Part shown: one piece after another, positions 36,612-47,893 of the stretch | Layout: each line of letters starts with the position of its first letter | Position numbering within the stretch: position 1 is the stretch's first letter | Origin: an uncultured Candidatus Saccharibacteria bacterium | GTDB lineage: Bacteria > Patescibacteriota > Saccharimonadia > Saccharimonadales > UBA10212 | Length of the DNA: 64,000 nt | Direction: 5' to 3' | Assembly: GCA_964400155.1 (NCBI GenBank) | Contig: CAYNSQ010000001.1 | Coordinates: 31,938-95,937 of the forward strand | Notes under the pieces: model-generated | Told to the model about the DNA's origin: nothing | The model's database searches: none | The model's input: only the letters and a program-made list of their open reading frames with translations | Translations under genes and position numbers: made by a program

Positions 36612-38054
36612 ATGATAAAGCTTTACAACACATTAACACGTAAATTAGAAGTTTTTAAACCTCAAAAGCCAGAACAAGTAACACTATATACTTGCGGGCC
36701 AACCGTTTATAATTACTATCATATTGGCAACCTACGAAATGCCGTTTTTAATGACACATTAAGAAGGATGTTGCAAATTGCAAACTTTGACGTTAAGCAG
36801 GTTATGAACATCACAGACGTAGGGCATTTATCTAGTGATGAGGATGAGGGTGACGACAAACTAGAAAAAGGCGCCACCAGGGAGGGAAAGACTGTCTGGG
36901 AAGTTGCACAATACTATACAGAAGTATTCAAAGAAAACATGCTAAGTCTGAATATTATGCCACCTAATGGTTACCATGGTGATGTCGATAACTATGCCAG
37001 AGCGACAGACTTTATTGATGATCAAATCAAACTTATAGAAGAACTTTTTGTTAAAAATTTTGCATACAAAACCAAGCAGGCAATTTACTTTGATACAAGT
37101 AAGCTGAAAGACTACGGTAAATTGTCTGGACAGAAGTTGGTAGATAAGGGTGTTGGTGTGCGTGAAGAAGTTGTTACCGACCAAGATAAAAAACAACCAT
37201 ACGACTTCGCTTTATGGTTTTTCTTAAGTGGAAGGTTTGAGCATCATACCATGAACTGGCCCAGCCCATGGGGCGCAGGATTCCCTGGCTGGCACTTGGA
37301 ATGTTCAGCTATTGAGCATGCCACTCTCGGTGATCCAGTTGACATTCATACGGGCGGTGTTGACCATATTGGAACGCATCATACAAATGAAATCGCTCAA
37401 ACTGAGGCTGCTTACGGCAACACTTTGGCAAACTATTGGCTACACAATGAACATCTGTTAGTGGAAAACAAGAGGATGTCTAAAAGTTCTAACAATTTTA
37501 TTACTTTAAAAGATGTTACCGATCGTGGATATAGCCCAATTTCATTAAGATTAGTTTACCTACAGGCACACTATCGCACTCAACAGAACTTTAGCTGGGA
37601 TGTTTTAGATGCAGCAACCGCTAGACTAGATACTTACCGAGCATTTGCAGATTTAAGGTATCAAGTTAGTCCAGAGGCACAAAAAATAGCTGACGACTTT
37701 TTTAGCAAAGCCCAAACAAGACTAAAAGAAGCATTATTTAACGATTTAAGTACACCTGCTGCTCTTGCTGATATTGATGCTTGCATTGACGTTGTTTTTA
37801 ATGCTGGAGGTGTAAACAACACTCATGAAAAAGATTTTAACATCTATCTGCAGCTATTAGACGACAGTCTTGGTCTAAAGTTACTTTCTAGTGATGATAT
37901 TACAAAGTCACAAAAAGAGTTGATTGCAAGGCGCAATCAAGCGCGTGCCAGTAAAAAATGGGATATATCTGATTCAATAAGAAAAGACTTAGATTTACAG
38001 GGCTTATTGCTTAAAGACTATGAAAATAACACTATTTGGTCACGTCAGAATTAG
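36612..38054 (+). CDS. cysS: Cysteine--tRNA ligase
   Basis: CGPTVY, HIGN, NITDV, PGWHLECS, RMSKS. Confidence 0.98.
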   Translation: MIKLYNTLTRKLEVFKPQKPEQVTLYTCGPTVYNYYHIGNLRNAVFNDTLRRMLQIANFDVKQVMNITDVGHLSSDEDEGDDKLEKGATREGKTVWEVAQYYTEVFKENMLSLNIMPPNGYHGDVDNYARATDFIDDQIKLIEELFVKNFAYKTKQAIYFDTSKLKDYGKLSGQKLVDKGVGVREEVVTDQDKKQPYDFALWFFLSGRFEHHTMNWPSPWGAGFPGWHLECSAIEHATLGDPVDIHTGGVDHIGTHHTNEIAQTEAAYGNTLANYWLHNEHLLVENKRMSKSSNNFITLKDVTDRGYSPISLRLVYLQAHYRTQQNFSWDVLDAATARLDTYRAFADLRYQVSPEAQKIADDFFSKAQTRLKEALFNDLSTPAALADIDACIDVVFNAGGVNNTHEKDFNIYLQLLDDSLGLKLLSSDDITKSQKELIARRNQARASKKWDISDSIRKDLDLQGLLLKDYENNTIWSRQN

Positions 38055-39114
38055 TAGTAATTCCACGCTTATCTAATTGATCGTTCAATAGAATTTTAAT
38101 GCAAGTAGCAACAGGAATAGCTACAAAAGCTCCTAGAATTCCTGCAAATTCCACACCAATTAAGGCAGCCACAAAGACAAGCAGAGGTGTTAGTTCACTT
38201 AATTTTGATTGAATTAATGGCTGTACTGTCATGTTCTCAATTTGGTAATAAACTATAAAGTATATAAGCATAACTAAAGCAAGTTCTACAGAATTCGCCA
38301 GACAAACAAGCAGTACTATAGCAGAGCTAATTGGGTTGCCAAGCATTGGAATTAGACCCAGCATAGCTACTATGCCAGCTAGGGCTACGACGTTCACAGT
38401 AACATCAAGCAAGCTTGTAGCAATGATTAAAGCTAAAAGTGCAAAAGACCCGGCAATTACAGCCATAATTACTTGTGCGTTTACAAAACCGCTGACGGCA
38501 CGATACATTTTTTTAGCAAGCATTTTTCGGTGTGCTCTTTTGTTTTTAGGCATTAAGGCAAACATTTTATCTAACCATTTGGGTCCTTCAACTAACATCA
38601 TAAAAGTCGCAGTTAGTACAATAAGAGCCGAGACAAATAGTCCTGCTACTCTTTTTCCCGTGTCAACAACAGTTGAGCCAAAATCACTATAATTATTTGC
38701 AAAATCACTTGCACCCTTAGTTACTTTTTCTTCTAAGTTGTAGCGGTTGATTGACCTGGAGATGGGGTTGTCTTTCTGTTGGAAATCACTTACTAGTGTT
38801 GGAACTTCATTAATAAACTCTCTCCCTTGAGAAACTAATGGAGGAATCACAAGAGCAAAAAAACCAACAATTATGACTATGACTAGAAAATAGGCAGCGG
38901 CAGTAGCACCTCCTCGTTTTTTAATTCGCAACCTATTGCTGATCATACTAACCACCGGGTTTAGTGCCAAAGCTAGAAAAAATGATATGAATAGTAGTGT
39001 TAAGGCATGAGTAATTTGACCAATAAAACGATAAGCAAGCAGAGTTGCTATTATCCAAAATATTACTTTAGCTATTGTTCGGTGGCTAATTGAAAGCGAA
39101 ATGTTTTGGTTCAT
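38032..39114 (-). CDS. AI-2E family transporter
   Basis: LALALNP, LIPMLG, QIENMTVQP, GAFVAIPVA. Confidence 0.92.
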   Translation of the reverse strand: MNQNISLSISHRTIAKVIFWIIATLLAYRFIGQITHALTLLFISFFLALALNPVVSMISNRLRIKKRGGATAAAYFLVIVIIVGFFALVIPPLVSQGREFINEVPTLVSDFQQKDNPISRSINRYNLEEKVTKGASDFANNYSDFGSTVVDTGKRVAGLFVSALIVLTATFMMLVEGPKWLDKMFALMPKNKRAHRKMLAKKMYRAVSGFVNAQVIMAVIAGSFALLALIIATSLLDVTVNVVALAGIVAMLGLIPMLGNPISSAIVLLVCLANSVELALVMLIYFIVYYQIENMTVQPLIQSKLSELTPLLVFVAALIGVEFAGILGAFVAIPVATCIKILLNDQLDKRGITTNSDVTK

Positions 39115-39150
39115 ATTTATTAATTATCCTGACTTATAGTCATTTTAACA

Positions 39151-40293
39151 CTAATCAATGAGGCTATAGTAACTATTCTCAATTTGTTTACCAACTACTT
39201 CTACGTCAAACTTTTTTACATATTCTTTTTGCCATGAACGATAGTCAAAACTTCCAGGAAGATTTAACAGTTTCATTGAAAATGCTTCCTTGTCATGAAC
39301 ATCTACCAATAGCTCGGCTTTACTAGCAAGGACACTTCTATATCCAGGATTATCTCCTGCCAAAACGCAACCGGCACCAGCTGCCATTGCTTCTAATAAA
39401 ACAATGCCAAAACTTTCTCCGCCAGTAGAGGGGAAGACTGCTATATCAGCTGAACTTAGTAATTTGGCTTTATCTTTTTCATCAATGTAACCTAGAAAAG
39501 TTATTTTTTCAGTTAAATTATTCTTGCTTACATATTTTTCTAGTTGTTTTTTTTGTTCGCCGTCTCCGGCAATTTTTAAGTTCATATTTGGATCTTTTTT
39601 AAGTGCTGCGTTAAATGCTTCCAATAGTTGTAGACAGCCCTTTCGTTTGACCAATCTTCCTAAAAAAATTACATTTTTTTTTCTTGAATTTTTTTCTAAT
39701 TTATCACTTTGATGATTGAACTTAGCAAGGTCTATCATATTAGGGCTAATTTCACACTCTAGACTATAGTATTTTTTAGCAAAAAGCTTTGCAGGATCTG
39801 AAACAGCAAATGCTTTATTAATTCTCTTCAAGCTACCTAGGTAGGCTATACGTAGCAAGACCGAACCTGCCTTAGCAGACCAACTATTAGGCAATATATG
39901 AAAGGTGCTAACCACTGGGGTGTTTTTGGGTAGTTTAGCAATTACTCTACTAGCCATGAAGGGAGAATGTGGTGTCTGAACATGTACAACATCAAATTTG
40001 TTTGATGTTAGTACTTCTTTAATCTTGTTTGCTTTAGCAGGGAATGGAGTTGATAGTTTGTTGCCGTTAAATTTAACTGTTAGGTTACTACTCAAAGAAT
40101 ACACCTGGCCACCTTTCCAAGTCTTTGTTTTAGACTCGCCAACTAAATATACAACCCTGTGACCTCTTTGGCTTAACCAAGCACCAAGAGTTTTAACATA
40201 CTGGGCCACACCAGCATCATTATCAAGCGTGTCGTCGAATATAAACCCGATTGATAATTTTTTTGAAGGAATATTTTCTTGTTCTTTTAGCAT
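39151..40293 (-). CDS. GT4 glycosyltransferase (PimA-like)
   Basis: GRLVKRKG, STGGESFGIVLLEAMAAG; start position uncertain. Confidence 0.9.
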   Translation of the reverse strand: MLKEQENIPSKKLSIGFIFDDTLDNDAGVAQYVKTLGAWLSQRGHRVVYLVGESKTKTWKGGQVYSLSSNLTVKFNGNKLSTPFPAKANKIKEVLTSNKFDVVHVQTPHSPFMASRVIAKLPKNTPVVSTFHILPNSWSAKAGSVLLRIAYLGSLKRINKAFAVSDPAKLFAKKYYSLECEISPNMIDLAKFNHQSDKLEKNSRKKNVIFLGRLVKRKGCLQLLEAFNAALKKDPNMNLKIAGDGEQKKQLEKYVSKNNLTEKITFLGYIDEKDKAKLLSSADIAVFPSTGGESFGIVLLEAMAAGAGCVLAGDNPGYRSVLASKAELLVDVHDKEAFSMKLLNLPGSFDYRSWQKEYVKKFDVEVVGKQIENSYYSLID

Positions 40294-41455
40294 CAGGTCT
40301 CAATCCTTGGTTCTTAATTGTTAATGCACCTTTATAGGCAAGTTCATACTGTGCGACAACCTTGGGATAATCATACTGTTTGACTTCTTCTGCAGCCCAT
40401 TCACGCCAATTGCGTCGCAATCTTTCGTCTGTTAGAAAAACAGCCAATCGATTTGCGAAATCCTCGCTTGCCTCTGCGTCAACCAATCCCAAAGCTCCAA
40501 AATTTTTAAGGACTGATGAGTAACCATTGTTTAACCCCCCTATTGTTGGTGTACCCATAGCCATACCTTCGACTAGAATTATCCCAAAACTTTCACCGAA
40601 CATTGCCGGACTACACAACAAATCAGCATTTCCAATTAAGTATCGCTTTTTCTCGTCTGACACATAGCCTAAGAATTTAACATTTTTTATACTTCGATCA
40701 TTTACCATTTGTTCAAAATAAGCCCGACGCTCACCCTCACCGGCAATAATTAAATACACATTTGGCAGATTTTTTTGTAGTTTTTCAAAAGCTAGCAGTA
40801 GGTTATCGACTCCTTTGCGTCTTTCCAGTCTGCCAACAAAAACAATTGTTTTTGTTTTATTGCCACTTAAAGGGACTCTTTTTTTAACTGGTTTGTATAA
40901 GTTTAAATCAATTCCGTTAGGTATATACCTCATATTTTTTACAAGTTCGGCATCAGCACCTTTTTTAACTAAAACAGCCGCTGATGCATCAGAAACAGCA
41001 GTAAAGACATGCATTTTAGATCCGATTCCTTGTCCATAAGCACCAAAAACATTAACAAAAGACCTTCCAGCCGCTGAATCTTGCAAGTTTGCATGGAAAG
41101 TACCTACATGAGCCGCATTACTACGAGGTGCAATCTGGCGAGCCAACAGAGGAGCCCAAGGTTCATGAAAATGAATTACATCAAATTTTTCGCGCTGTAA
41201 AACTTCTTCTACGTCTTCGTTGTTAAGCTCAAAGGTTACATCGCCTTTTGTCGACATGCCAGCACCAATTCTTCGAGATTTACCAAGTAGAATATAATTA
41301 CTAGGAATTTTGCCACTAAATTTTGCTGGCCGTGGAGTAATAATTTTAACTTTATGACCTTTTGATTCGAGTCCATCTGCTAAATGAACAACCAACTGCT
41401 GGACTCCTCCGTGATGCTCAAATAAATTATATGGACAGACCAGTCCAATCTTCAT
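40223..41455 (-). CDS. GT4 glycosyltransferase (PimA-like)
   Basis: MKIGLVCPY...GGVQ, HFHEP, GTFH, IPNG, ERRKG, GESFGIILVE. Confidence 0.92.
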   Translation of the reverse strand: MKIGLVCPYNLFEHHGGVQQLVVHLADGLESKGHKVKIITPRPAKFSGKIPSNYILLGKSRRIGAGMSTKGDVTFELNNEDVEEVLQREKFDVIHFHEPWAPLLARQIAPRSNAAHVGTFHANLQDSAAGRSFVNVFGAYGQGIGSKMHVFTAVSDASAAVLVKKGADAELVKNMRYIPNGIDLNLYKPVKKRVPLSGNKTKTIVFVGRLERRKGVDNLLLAFEKLQKNLPNVYLIIAGEGERRAYFEQMVNDRSIKNVKFLGYVSDEKKRYLIGNADLLCSPAMFGESFGIILVEGMAMGTPTIGGLNNGYSSVLKNFGALGLVDAEASEDFANRLAVFLTDERLRRNWREWAAEEVKQYDYPKVVAQYELAYKGALTIKNQGLRPDAKRTRKYSFKKIINRVYIRRHA

Positions 41456-41524
41456 AAGAAGTTATTATACAGTAATTTCAGTTTTAGTAACAAGTGAGTC
41501 TGGCTTGGTGCGGAGTAAATTTGA

Positions 41525-42466
41525 CTATTTTCTAAGCAGAGCTTTCATGGGTGCGGTAAAGAACTTTCCGGCATCTTCAGCAGTTGCTATTACACTTGTA
41601 GAATGTGGCTGATTGTGTACAGGTATTAATATAAAGTCTGTATAAATGCTACGCATGTGTTCTTCTACCAAATTATTATCAAAATACCTATCATCATCTG
41701 CTGATACATGGTTTACCGGCATAGAAACCAAACTATTACACAAATTTACTCTCAACATATTATTACCTGTATACATATATGTTCGTATGTCGTTAACTTT
41801 CCATAAGTAAATTTCAAAATCGATACGTTTTTTTCTTTCATTTGTTTCTGCTGTTCTAATCTTAGAATGTTTTTCTCCAACAAAATTTGGTTCTAGTATT
41901 TTGTAGCCTAGCCGAATAATGTAATCCCTGAGAACAATTTTTTGAACGAATTTAGAAGTTAAATATCCAGAACACAGCCATGACACAAATTTAAAAAAAT
42001 AAAAGTTATTTTTTTTAAAACGAAAATCATCTTTATGCGCAAACCCAGCCAAACTTACCACAATCTTAACTCTACTTACCAGCTCAGGGTATTTCTGTAA
42101 CATTTTTGTAACTACTAAAAACCCATAGCTCATACCTATGAGAGTTATTTTTTGTTTTTTATAGCGTAATTTAATAAATGAGGCTAAATAATCAGCCATA
42201 TTATCCAGGGAAGGTTTTTTACCTATTTTGTAAAAACTGTCCATACCTCCAAAACCGGGAAGATCGGGGATAGTAACGTTTCCGAACTGGGCAAGAAACT
42301 CAGCCATTCCAAGAACACGTTCAATACTTGAGTGATGGCCATAAACTACCAATATTTCTTTTTTGCGCTTGATGTTAGTGGTTGGATATCGAAGCATGCG
42401 TCCAGACAATCCGTTCATATTAAGCGGACGTATATACTGGTTCGGATCTGTATTTTTGGCGATCAT
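41525..42466 (-). CDS. Alpha/beta hydrolase
   Basis: PDLPGFGG; nucleophile elbow GMSYG; candidate acid (DD) and His (PHST). Confidence 0.85.
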   Translation of the reverse strand: MIAKNTDPNQYIRPLNMNGLSGRMLRYPTTNIKRKKEILVVYGHHSSIERVLGMAEFLAQFGNVTIPDLPGFGGMDSFYKIGKKPSLDNMADYLASFIKLRYKKQKITLIGMSYGFLVVTKMLQKYPELVSRVKIVVSLAGFAHKDDFRFKKNNFYFFKFVSWLCSGYLTSKFVQKIVLRDYIIRLGYKILEPNFVGEKHSKIRTAETNERKKRIDFEIYLWKVNDIRTYMYTGNNMLRVNLCNSLVSMPVNHVSADDDRYFDNNLVEEHMRSIYTDFILIPVHNQPHSTSVIATAEDAGKFFTAPMKALLRK

Positions 42467-42595
42467 TTGTTTATACAGTATAAAATAAAATAACGTATCT
42501 GTAAAACTGATAAGATTCTTAACGATCTATATATTCATCGTCTAGCATCAACACCTTATATAAGTTATAATCACTTGTGGTTTTGGGGTTAATAT

Positions 42596-42670
42596 TGGGA
42601 GTTGGCCAAGTGGTAAGGCACCAGGTTTTGGTCCTGGCATTCGGGGGTTCGAATCCCTCACTCCCAGCCA
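42596..42670 (+). tRNA. tRNA-Gln(TTG)
   Basis: TGGGAGT/ACTCCCA stem, CCAGG-TT-TTG-GT-CCTGG, CCA. Confidence 0.97.
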
Positions 42671-42776
42671 TTATTTATCTACAATCTTTCACCTTTTCGA
42701 CTGTTTTTACAGGTACAAACAATACCTAAAGTGCTATAGTTAGTATCAAGACGTAACTCTTGGGGGTCAAAAAGGG

Positions 42777-43700
42777 TTGAAATCAGGAATTAAAGTACTA
42801 ATAGCGGGATTTGTAGCAATTGCTCTTGCAATAGCAACAGGTTATTTCTACTTACGTAATTACAACATAGCTGTACTTCAACCTTCCGGTAGTATTGGTG
42901 CTCAACAGCGTGATTTGATTGTTATTGCTTCAGTTATGATGGCGGCTGTATTAGTTGTTGTGTGGGGTCTTTGTATATGGATTGCCTTTCGTTATCGCTC
43001 AGGAAACAAAAAGGCAAGCTACGCACCAGAGTGGGACTCAAACAAGCTGCTTGAGGTTGTTTGGTGGGGTATTCCATTAATTTTGATAGGGGTAATTTCT
43101 GTAATGACTTGGAACAGTAGTCATAGTTTAGACCCATTCAAACCTATTAACAGTACTAAACCCCCACTGCAAGTTCAGGTAGTGGCCCTGCAGTGGAAAT
43201 GGTTATTTATACAGCCAGAACAGGGGATCGCAACAGTTAATAATTTTGCTTTCCCACAAGACAGACCAGTAGAATTTTCTATAACATCTGATGCACCTAT
43301 GAATTCTTTTTGGATTCCGGCTCTTGGTGGTCAAATATACGCCATGAGCGGAATGTCGACAAAGCTTTTTTTGGATGCTAAAAAAGTCGGGGTTTATGAT
43401 GGATACTCATCTAATATTAGCGGAGAAGGTTTTGCCAACATGAAATTTGCTGCCCAAGCTCTCAGCCCAAGTGATTATGCTAATTGGGTTAGCGACGTCG
43501 CATCTAATAATACAGTTCTAGATGTGAAGGAGTACTCTAAATTATCCCAACCTTCAAAAGTTAATCGCCAACAAGAATATTCTAAAGTTCAAACTGGTTT
43601 ATACAATTATATTTTAGCTAAGTACTTAATTCCTTATGGGCAACTTCGAAATTACCAGTTTGATAATTCCACTGTTCATAACCATGGGAGTGAAGAATGA
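42777..43700 (+). CDS. cyoA: Cytochrome bo3 ubiquinol oxidase subunit II
   Basis: [41 protein letters not shown]; no CuA ligands. Confidence 0.96.
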   Translation: MKSGIKVLIAGFVAIALAIATGYFYLRNYNIAVLQPSGSIGAQQRDLIVIASVMMAAVLVVVWGLCIWIAFRYRSGNKKASYAPEWDSNKLLEVVWWGIPLILIGVISVMTWNSSHSLDPFKPINSTKPPLQVQVVALQWKWLFIQPEQGIATVNNFAFPQDRPVEFSITSDAPMNSFWIPALGGQIYAMSGMSTKLFLDAKKVGVYDGYSSNISGEGFANMKFAAQALSPSDYANWVSDVASNNTVLDVKEYSKLSQPSKVNRQQEYSKVQTGLYNYILAKYLIPYGQLRNYQFDNSTVHNHGSEE

Positions 43701-45658
43701 GTATAAATGGCAGGCTTAGCTTAGAAGCTTTTTCCCATAACTGGATTGTCAATTTAGGTGTCTTGTCCATGGTTGGTGCGGTGCTGGCTGTAGCTATTTT
43801 ATTGACATATAAAAAGCGCTGGGGCTGGCTATACCGTGAGTGGTTAACCTCAACCGATCCTAAAAAAATTGGAGTTATGTATATTGTTGTAGCTATTTTG
43901 ATGCTACTTCGTGGTTTTGGCGATGCTGTAATGATGAAGGCACAGCAAGCATTAGGGGTAGGTGGTGGAGGTTTCTTAGACGCTGACCACTTTCAGCAAG
44001 TCTTTACCGCTCACGGCACAATAATGATTTTTTTTGTAGCCATGGGTTTAATGTTTGGTCTTTTTAACTTGATTGTGCCATTACAAATCGGAGCCAGAGA
44101 TGTTGCTTTTCCTTTCCTTAATGCGACTAGTTTTTGGCTGTACTTAGCAGGTGCTGCTCTAATGAATGTATCCTTAGGAATCGGAGATTTTGCAGCCGCT
44201 GGTTGGTTAGCTTATCCGCCACTTTCTGAGACGACTTACAGTCCAGGTGTTGGGGTAGACTATTGGATTTGGTCTCTTCAAATAGCTGGCATCGGTAGTC
44301 TGATGTCTGGTATTAACTTCTTTGTAACTATTATAAAATGCCGTGTTAAGGGAATGGACTTAATGAAAATGCCACTATTCTGTTGGAGTGTGCTTGGAAG
44401 CACAATATTAATACTATTTGCTTTTCCTATATTAACAGTATCATTGACCTTGCTAGCTTTAGACAGAAGTTTGGGAATGCACTTTTTTGCTTCAAGTTTT
44501 GGTGGTAATCCGATGATGTATATTAACCTCATATGGGCGTGGGGCCACCCAGAAGTCTATATTTTAATTTTACCGGCGTTTGGTATTTTTTCGGAAATTG
44601 TATCAACCTTCTCCTCAAAAAGACTTTTTGGCTACAAATCTATGGTTTGGGCATTAGTGAGTATTACTTTTCTATCATATGTTGTTTGGGCGCATCATTT
44701 CTTCACTATGGGTGCCGGTGGAAATGTTAATGCCTTTTTTGGCATAATGACGATGATAATTGCAATTCCGACCGGAGTTAAAGTTTTCAATTGGCTTTTC
44801 ACAATGTATCGGGGAAGAATACGTTTTACTACTCCTATGCTATGGTTTTTTGGTTTTATAGCAACATTTACAATTGGTGGTGCCACAGGAGTTTTACTAG
44901 CAGTACCGCCGGCTGATTTCCAACTTCATAACAGTCTGTTCTTGGTTGCACATTTCCACAATATGGTAATTGGCGGAGTAGTCTTTGGATATTTTGCTGG
45001 ACTGTCTTATTGGTTTCCTAAAATATTTGGGTTTAAGTTAAATGAGAGACTTGGGCGGTATGGTTTTTATTGTTGGTTAGTTGGATTTTTAATGACATTT
45101 ATTCCAATTTATATCCTCGGGCTGATGGGAGCTACACGCCGTCTAGATCACTATGATGCTTCATTAGGCTGGCAAGAGCTATTCATTGTATCTGGAATTG
45201 GAGTCGCGATAATTGGTGCAGGAGTTATGTTTCAGGTACTTCAGTTATTTGTCAGTATTCGAGATAGAGCTAAAAATCGTGATACTACTGGCGACCCTTG
45301 GGATGGTCGAACATTAGAATGGGCAACATCCTCACCAGCTCCAGTATATAATTTTGCTATCCTACCAGAAGTAACCACTCGAGACGCTTTTTGGGAAATC
45401 AAACTACAGAAAGATAACAATAAAAACCCAATTTACAAAACAATTCATTTGCCTAAAAATACGCCTCTGCCAATACTTTTATCCGGTTCAGCATTTACAG
45501 CTGGGTTTGGTATCATTTGGCACATTTATTGGCTAGCTCTTCTTGGTTTAGCAGGCGTAGTTGCCACAATTATTTGGAGGTCGTTTGATGATGAGACAGA
45601 ATACTCACTTAGTCCTAGTATGATCAAAGAAATTGAGCAAGGGAGCAGGAGGCTATGA
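43697..45658 (+). CDS. cyoB: Cytochrome bo3 ubiquinol oxidase subunit I
   Basis: LRGFGD, FTAHG, WGHPEVY, WAHHFF, AHFH. Confidence 0.98.
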   Translation: MSINGRLSLEAFSHNWIVNLGVLSMVGAVLAVAILLTYKKRWGWLYREWLTSTDPKKIGVMYIVVAILMLLRGFGDAVMMKAQQALGVGGGGFLDADHFQQVFTAHGTIMIFFVAMGLMFGLFNLIVPLQIGARDVAFPFLNATSFWLYLAGAALMNVSLGIGDFAAAGWLAYPPLSETTYSPGVGVDYWIWSLQIAGIGSLMSGINFFVTIIKCRVKGMDLMKMPLFCWSVLGSTILILFAFPILTVSLTLLALDRSLGMHFFASSFGGNPMMYINLIWAWGHPEVYILILPAFGIFSEIVSTFSSKRLFGYKSMVWALVSITFLSYVVWAHHFFTMGAGGNVNAFFGIMTMIIAIPTGVKVFNWLFTMYRGRIRFTTPMLWFFGFIATFTIGGATGVLLAVPPADFQLHNSLFLVAHFHNMVIGGVVFGYFAGLSYWFPKIFGFKLNERLGRYGFYCWLVGFLMTFIPIYILGLMGATRRLDHYDASLGWQELFIVSGIGVAIIGAGVMFQVLQLFVSIRDRAKNRDTTGDPWDGRTLEWATSSPAPVYNFAILPEVTTRDAFWEIKLQKDNNKNPIYKTIHLPKNTPLPILLSGSAFTAGFGIIWHIYWLALLGLAGVVATIIWRSFDDETEYSLSPSMIKEIEQGSRRL

Positions 45659-46254
45659 GCGTTAACTTAGCATCTAGTACACATAGTTCTCAGTTCAGTT
45701 CTAAAGACAAAACATATTTTGGTTTTTGGGTGTATTTAATGACCGACTGTGTTGTTTTTGGATCACTTATTGCTACATTTATTGTTCTGAGAGGAAGTAC
45801 TTTTGGTGGTGAAAATGGTGCTAGTTTATTTAACTTAAATTATGTTTTGGCCGAAACGCTGTTATTACTTACCAGCAGTCTCACGGCTGGTATGGCTATG
45901 CTAGCTGCCAGAAATGGACTTAAAAACCGTGCGCTCTGGTGGTTAGCAATAACATTCTTACTAGGTGTAGCCTTTTTAAGTCTTGAACTACGAGAATTTA
46001 GCCAACTCTACAACGAAGGAAACAGTTGGCGAACCAGTGCTTTTTTGTCTGCATTCTTTACGTTAGTGGGAACGCACGGACTTCATATTGCAGCAGGTCT
46101 AATTTGGCTTAGTGTCATGATGATTAAAATATGGCGAGTTGGAACGACTCAAGTTAACATCAAAAGATTGTGGTTGTTTAGTGTTTTTTGGCACTTTTTA
46201 GATATTGTTTGGATTTTTATCTTTAGCATTGTATTTCTAATGGGGGTAGTTTAA
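45655..46254 (+). CDS. cyoC: Cytochrome bo3 oxidase subunit III
   Basis: [28 protein letters not shown]. Confidence 0.97.
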   Translation: MSVNLASSTHSSQFSSKDKTYFGFWVYLMTDCVVFGSLIATFIVLRGSTFGGENGASLFNLNYVLAETLLLLTSSLTAGMAMLAARNGLKNRALWWLAITFLLGVAFLSLELREFSQLYNEGNSWRTSAFLSAFFTLVGTHGLHIAAGLIWLSVMMIKIWRVGTTQVNIKRLWLFSVFWHFLDIVWIFIFSIVFLMGVV

Positions 46255-46312
46255 TGATCTATTTAAGTAGTTGTATCCCACAAGGACGATCAAATTGCAT
46301 AGGATTAAGTAT

Positions 46313-46663
46313 ATGTTAGCCAAAGAACAAAAAATGTATGTATGGGGATTTATTGCTTCACTAATCTTAACGTTAACTGCTTTTTGGTTAATTGGCGGCA
46401 ATTATATAAATGGTAGTCTTGCTATTGCTGTCATAATTTTGCTGGGATTGTTGCAGCTTGCTACACAACTCGTCTTCTTTTTACATTTACCGCAAGAACC
46501 TAAACCCCGTTGGAACAATATTGCATTTCAGTTTGCGGCTATGGTGGTAGTAATAATTGTTCTTGGTAGTATGTGGATTATGCAAAACCTTAATTACCAT
46601 CATGGTCATCAGACAATAAAGTCAGATAGATACATAATCAAAGACGAAGGATACCAACAATAG
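46313..46663 (+). CDS. cyoD: Cytochrome bo3 oxidase subunit IV
   Basis: GFIASLILT, QLVFFLHL, GSMWIMQNL; ATG 46313 after AGGA preferred. Confidence 0.94.
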   Translation: MLAKEQKMYVWGFIASLILTLTAFWLIGGNYINGSLAIAVIILLGLLQLATQLVFFLHLPQEPKPRWNNIAFQFAAMVVVIIVLGSMWIMQNLNYHHGHQTIKSDRYIIKDEGYQQ

Positions 46664-47520
46664 CTAGCATTGAAGTATACTATCGGCTCACTAAACCAGG
46701 TATTGTTTACGGAAATAGTATAGTCGCTGCGTCAGCTTTTTTTTATGGTACTGAACAGAATTTTAATTTACTGAATTTTCTAGCTTCAATAATTGGCCTT
46801 GCATTTGTAATTGCAAGCGGTTGCGTTTTCAACAACTACACAGATAAACATATCGACAGTATCATGGGACGTACACAAAATCGAGCACTAGTAAAAAAGC
46901 TGATCAATCCGTTACAAGCACTTGTTTTTGGAGGCTTGTTAGGAATTATCGGATTTGCGATGCTTTTAAGTTTAGACAATCAGGTGGCGTTCTGGGTGGC
47001 TTTGTTTGGTTTTATTGTTTATACCACTGTTTATGGCTATGCCAAACGTCATAGCCCCCTTGGAACACTTGTGGGAGCCTTTGCGGGTGCTGTTCCACCA
47101 GTAGTTGGCTACACGGCTGCCTCGGGAGATTTAGATAATAATGCCATATTATTATATGTAATTTTACTGACATGGCAGATGCCACATTTCTATGCTATTG
47201 CCATAAAAAGATTAAAAGAATATCAATTTGCAAATATACCAGTATGGCCTGATAAATTCGGTATGAAGTCAACTAAAATAAATATGGTGTTTTACGGATG
47301 TGGGTTTGTAATTTCTTCTACATCTTTATCCGTTTTTGCAGACGCTGGTTACTTTTACTTATTAGTTATGTTAGCTGTAGGGTTATGGTGGTTAATGTTA
47401 ATTCTGAAAGGATTCAAAACTACAAATAACACCTTATGGGCTGGCCATGTATTCAAACGCTCCCTAAGCGTATTAATGGTTTTTTCACTTATGATTGCAA
47501 TCGACAATTTACTAGTTTAG
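46660..47520 (+). CDS. cyoE: Heme o synthase (protoheme IX farnesyltransferase); probable ATA start
   Basis: Frame open from 46630; YYRLTKPGIVYGN, SGCVFNNYTDKHIDSIMGRTQNR, WQMPHFYAI; no ATG/GTG/TTG upstream of the conserved N-terminus. Confidence 0.9.
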   Translation: MASIEVYYRLTKPGIVYGNSIVAASAFFYGTEQNFNLLNFLASIIGLAFVIASGCVFNNYTDKHIDSIMGRTQNRALVKKLINPLQALVFGGLLGIIGFAMLLSLDNQVAFWVALFGFIVYTTVYGYAKRHSPLGTLVGAFAGAVPPVVGYTAASGDLDNNAILLYVILLTWQMPHFYAIAIKRLKEYQFANIPVWPDKFGMKSTKINMVFYGCGFVISSTSLSVFADAGYFYLLVMLAVGLWWLMLILKGFKTTNNTLWAGHVFKRSLSVLMVFSLMIAIDNLLV

Positions 47521-47541
47521 TTAGGATGTTATAATTTAGTT

Positions 47542-47793
47542 ATGCTTGTTTACTTACACATTGGCTTTGCATTAGCTGGCCTTATTATTTCAGGTTATAA
47601 CTTACTTAGACCTTCGTCCTTCAAGCAGATAGCTGGCTACATTTCAATAATTGCTACGACAATTAGCGGAACCTTCCTAATCATTACTACAAATGCTTCG
47701 CTTGTTCCGGCATGTCTTAGCGGATTAGCTTATTTATCTGTTGTAAGTTTGTGCTTATTCTTAAGTCATAAAAGACTTCAGTCTACAGAGTAG
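47542..47793 (+). CDS. Small 3-TM membrane protein
   Basis: Hydrophobic 83-aa ORF with its own TG-TATAAT 6 nt upstream. Confidence 0.7.
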   Translation: MLVYLHIGFALAGLIISGYNLLRPSSFKQIAGYISIIATTISGTFLIITTNASLVPACLSGLAYLSVVSLCLFLSHKRLQSTE

Positions 47794-47893
47794 CACTACA
47801 TCTTTTAAATGCTTGTGATTATTATTACTACACTTTAATATTCGCCGATCTCAAAATAGGTAGTATAATATGCTCATTAATAAGGGAGTTACT

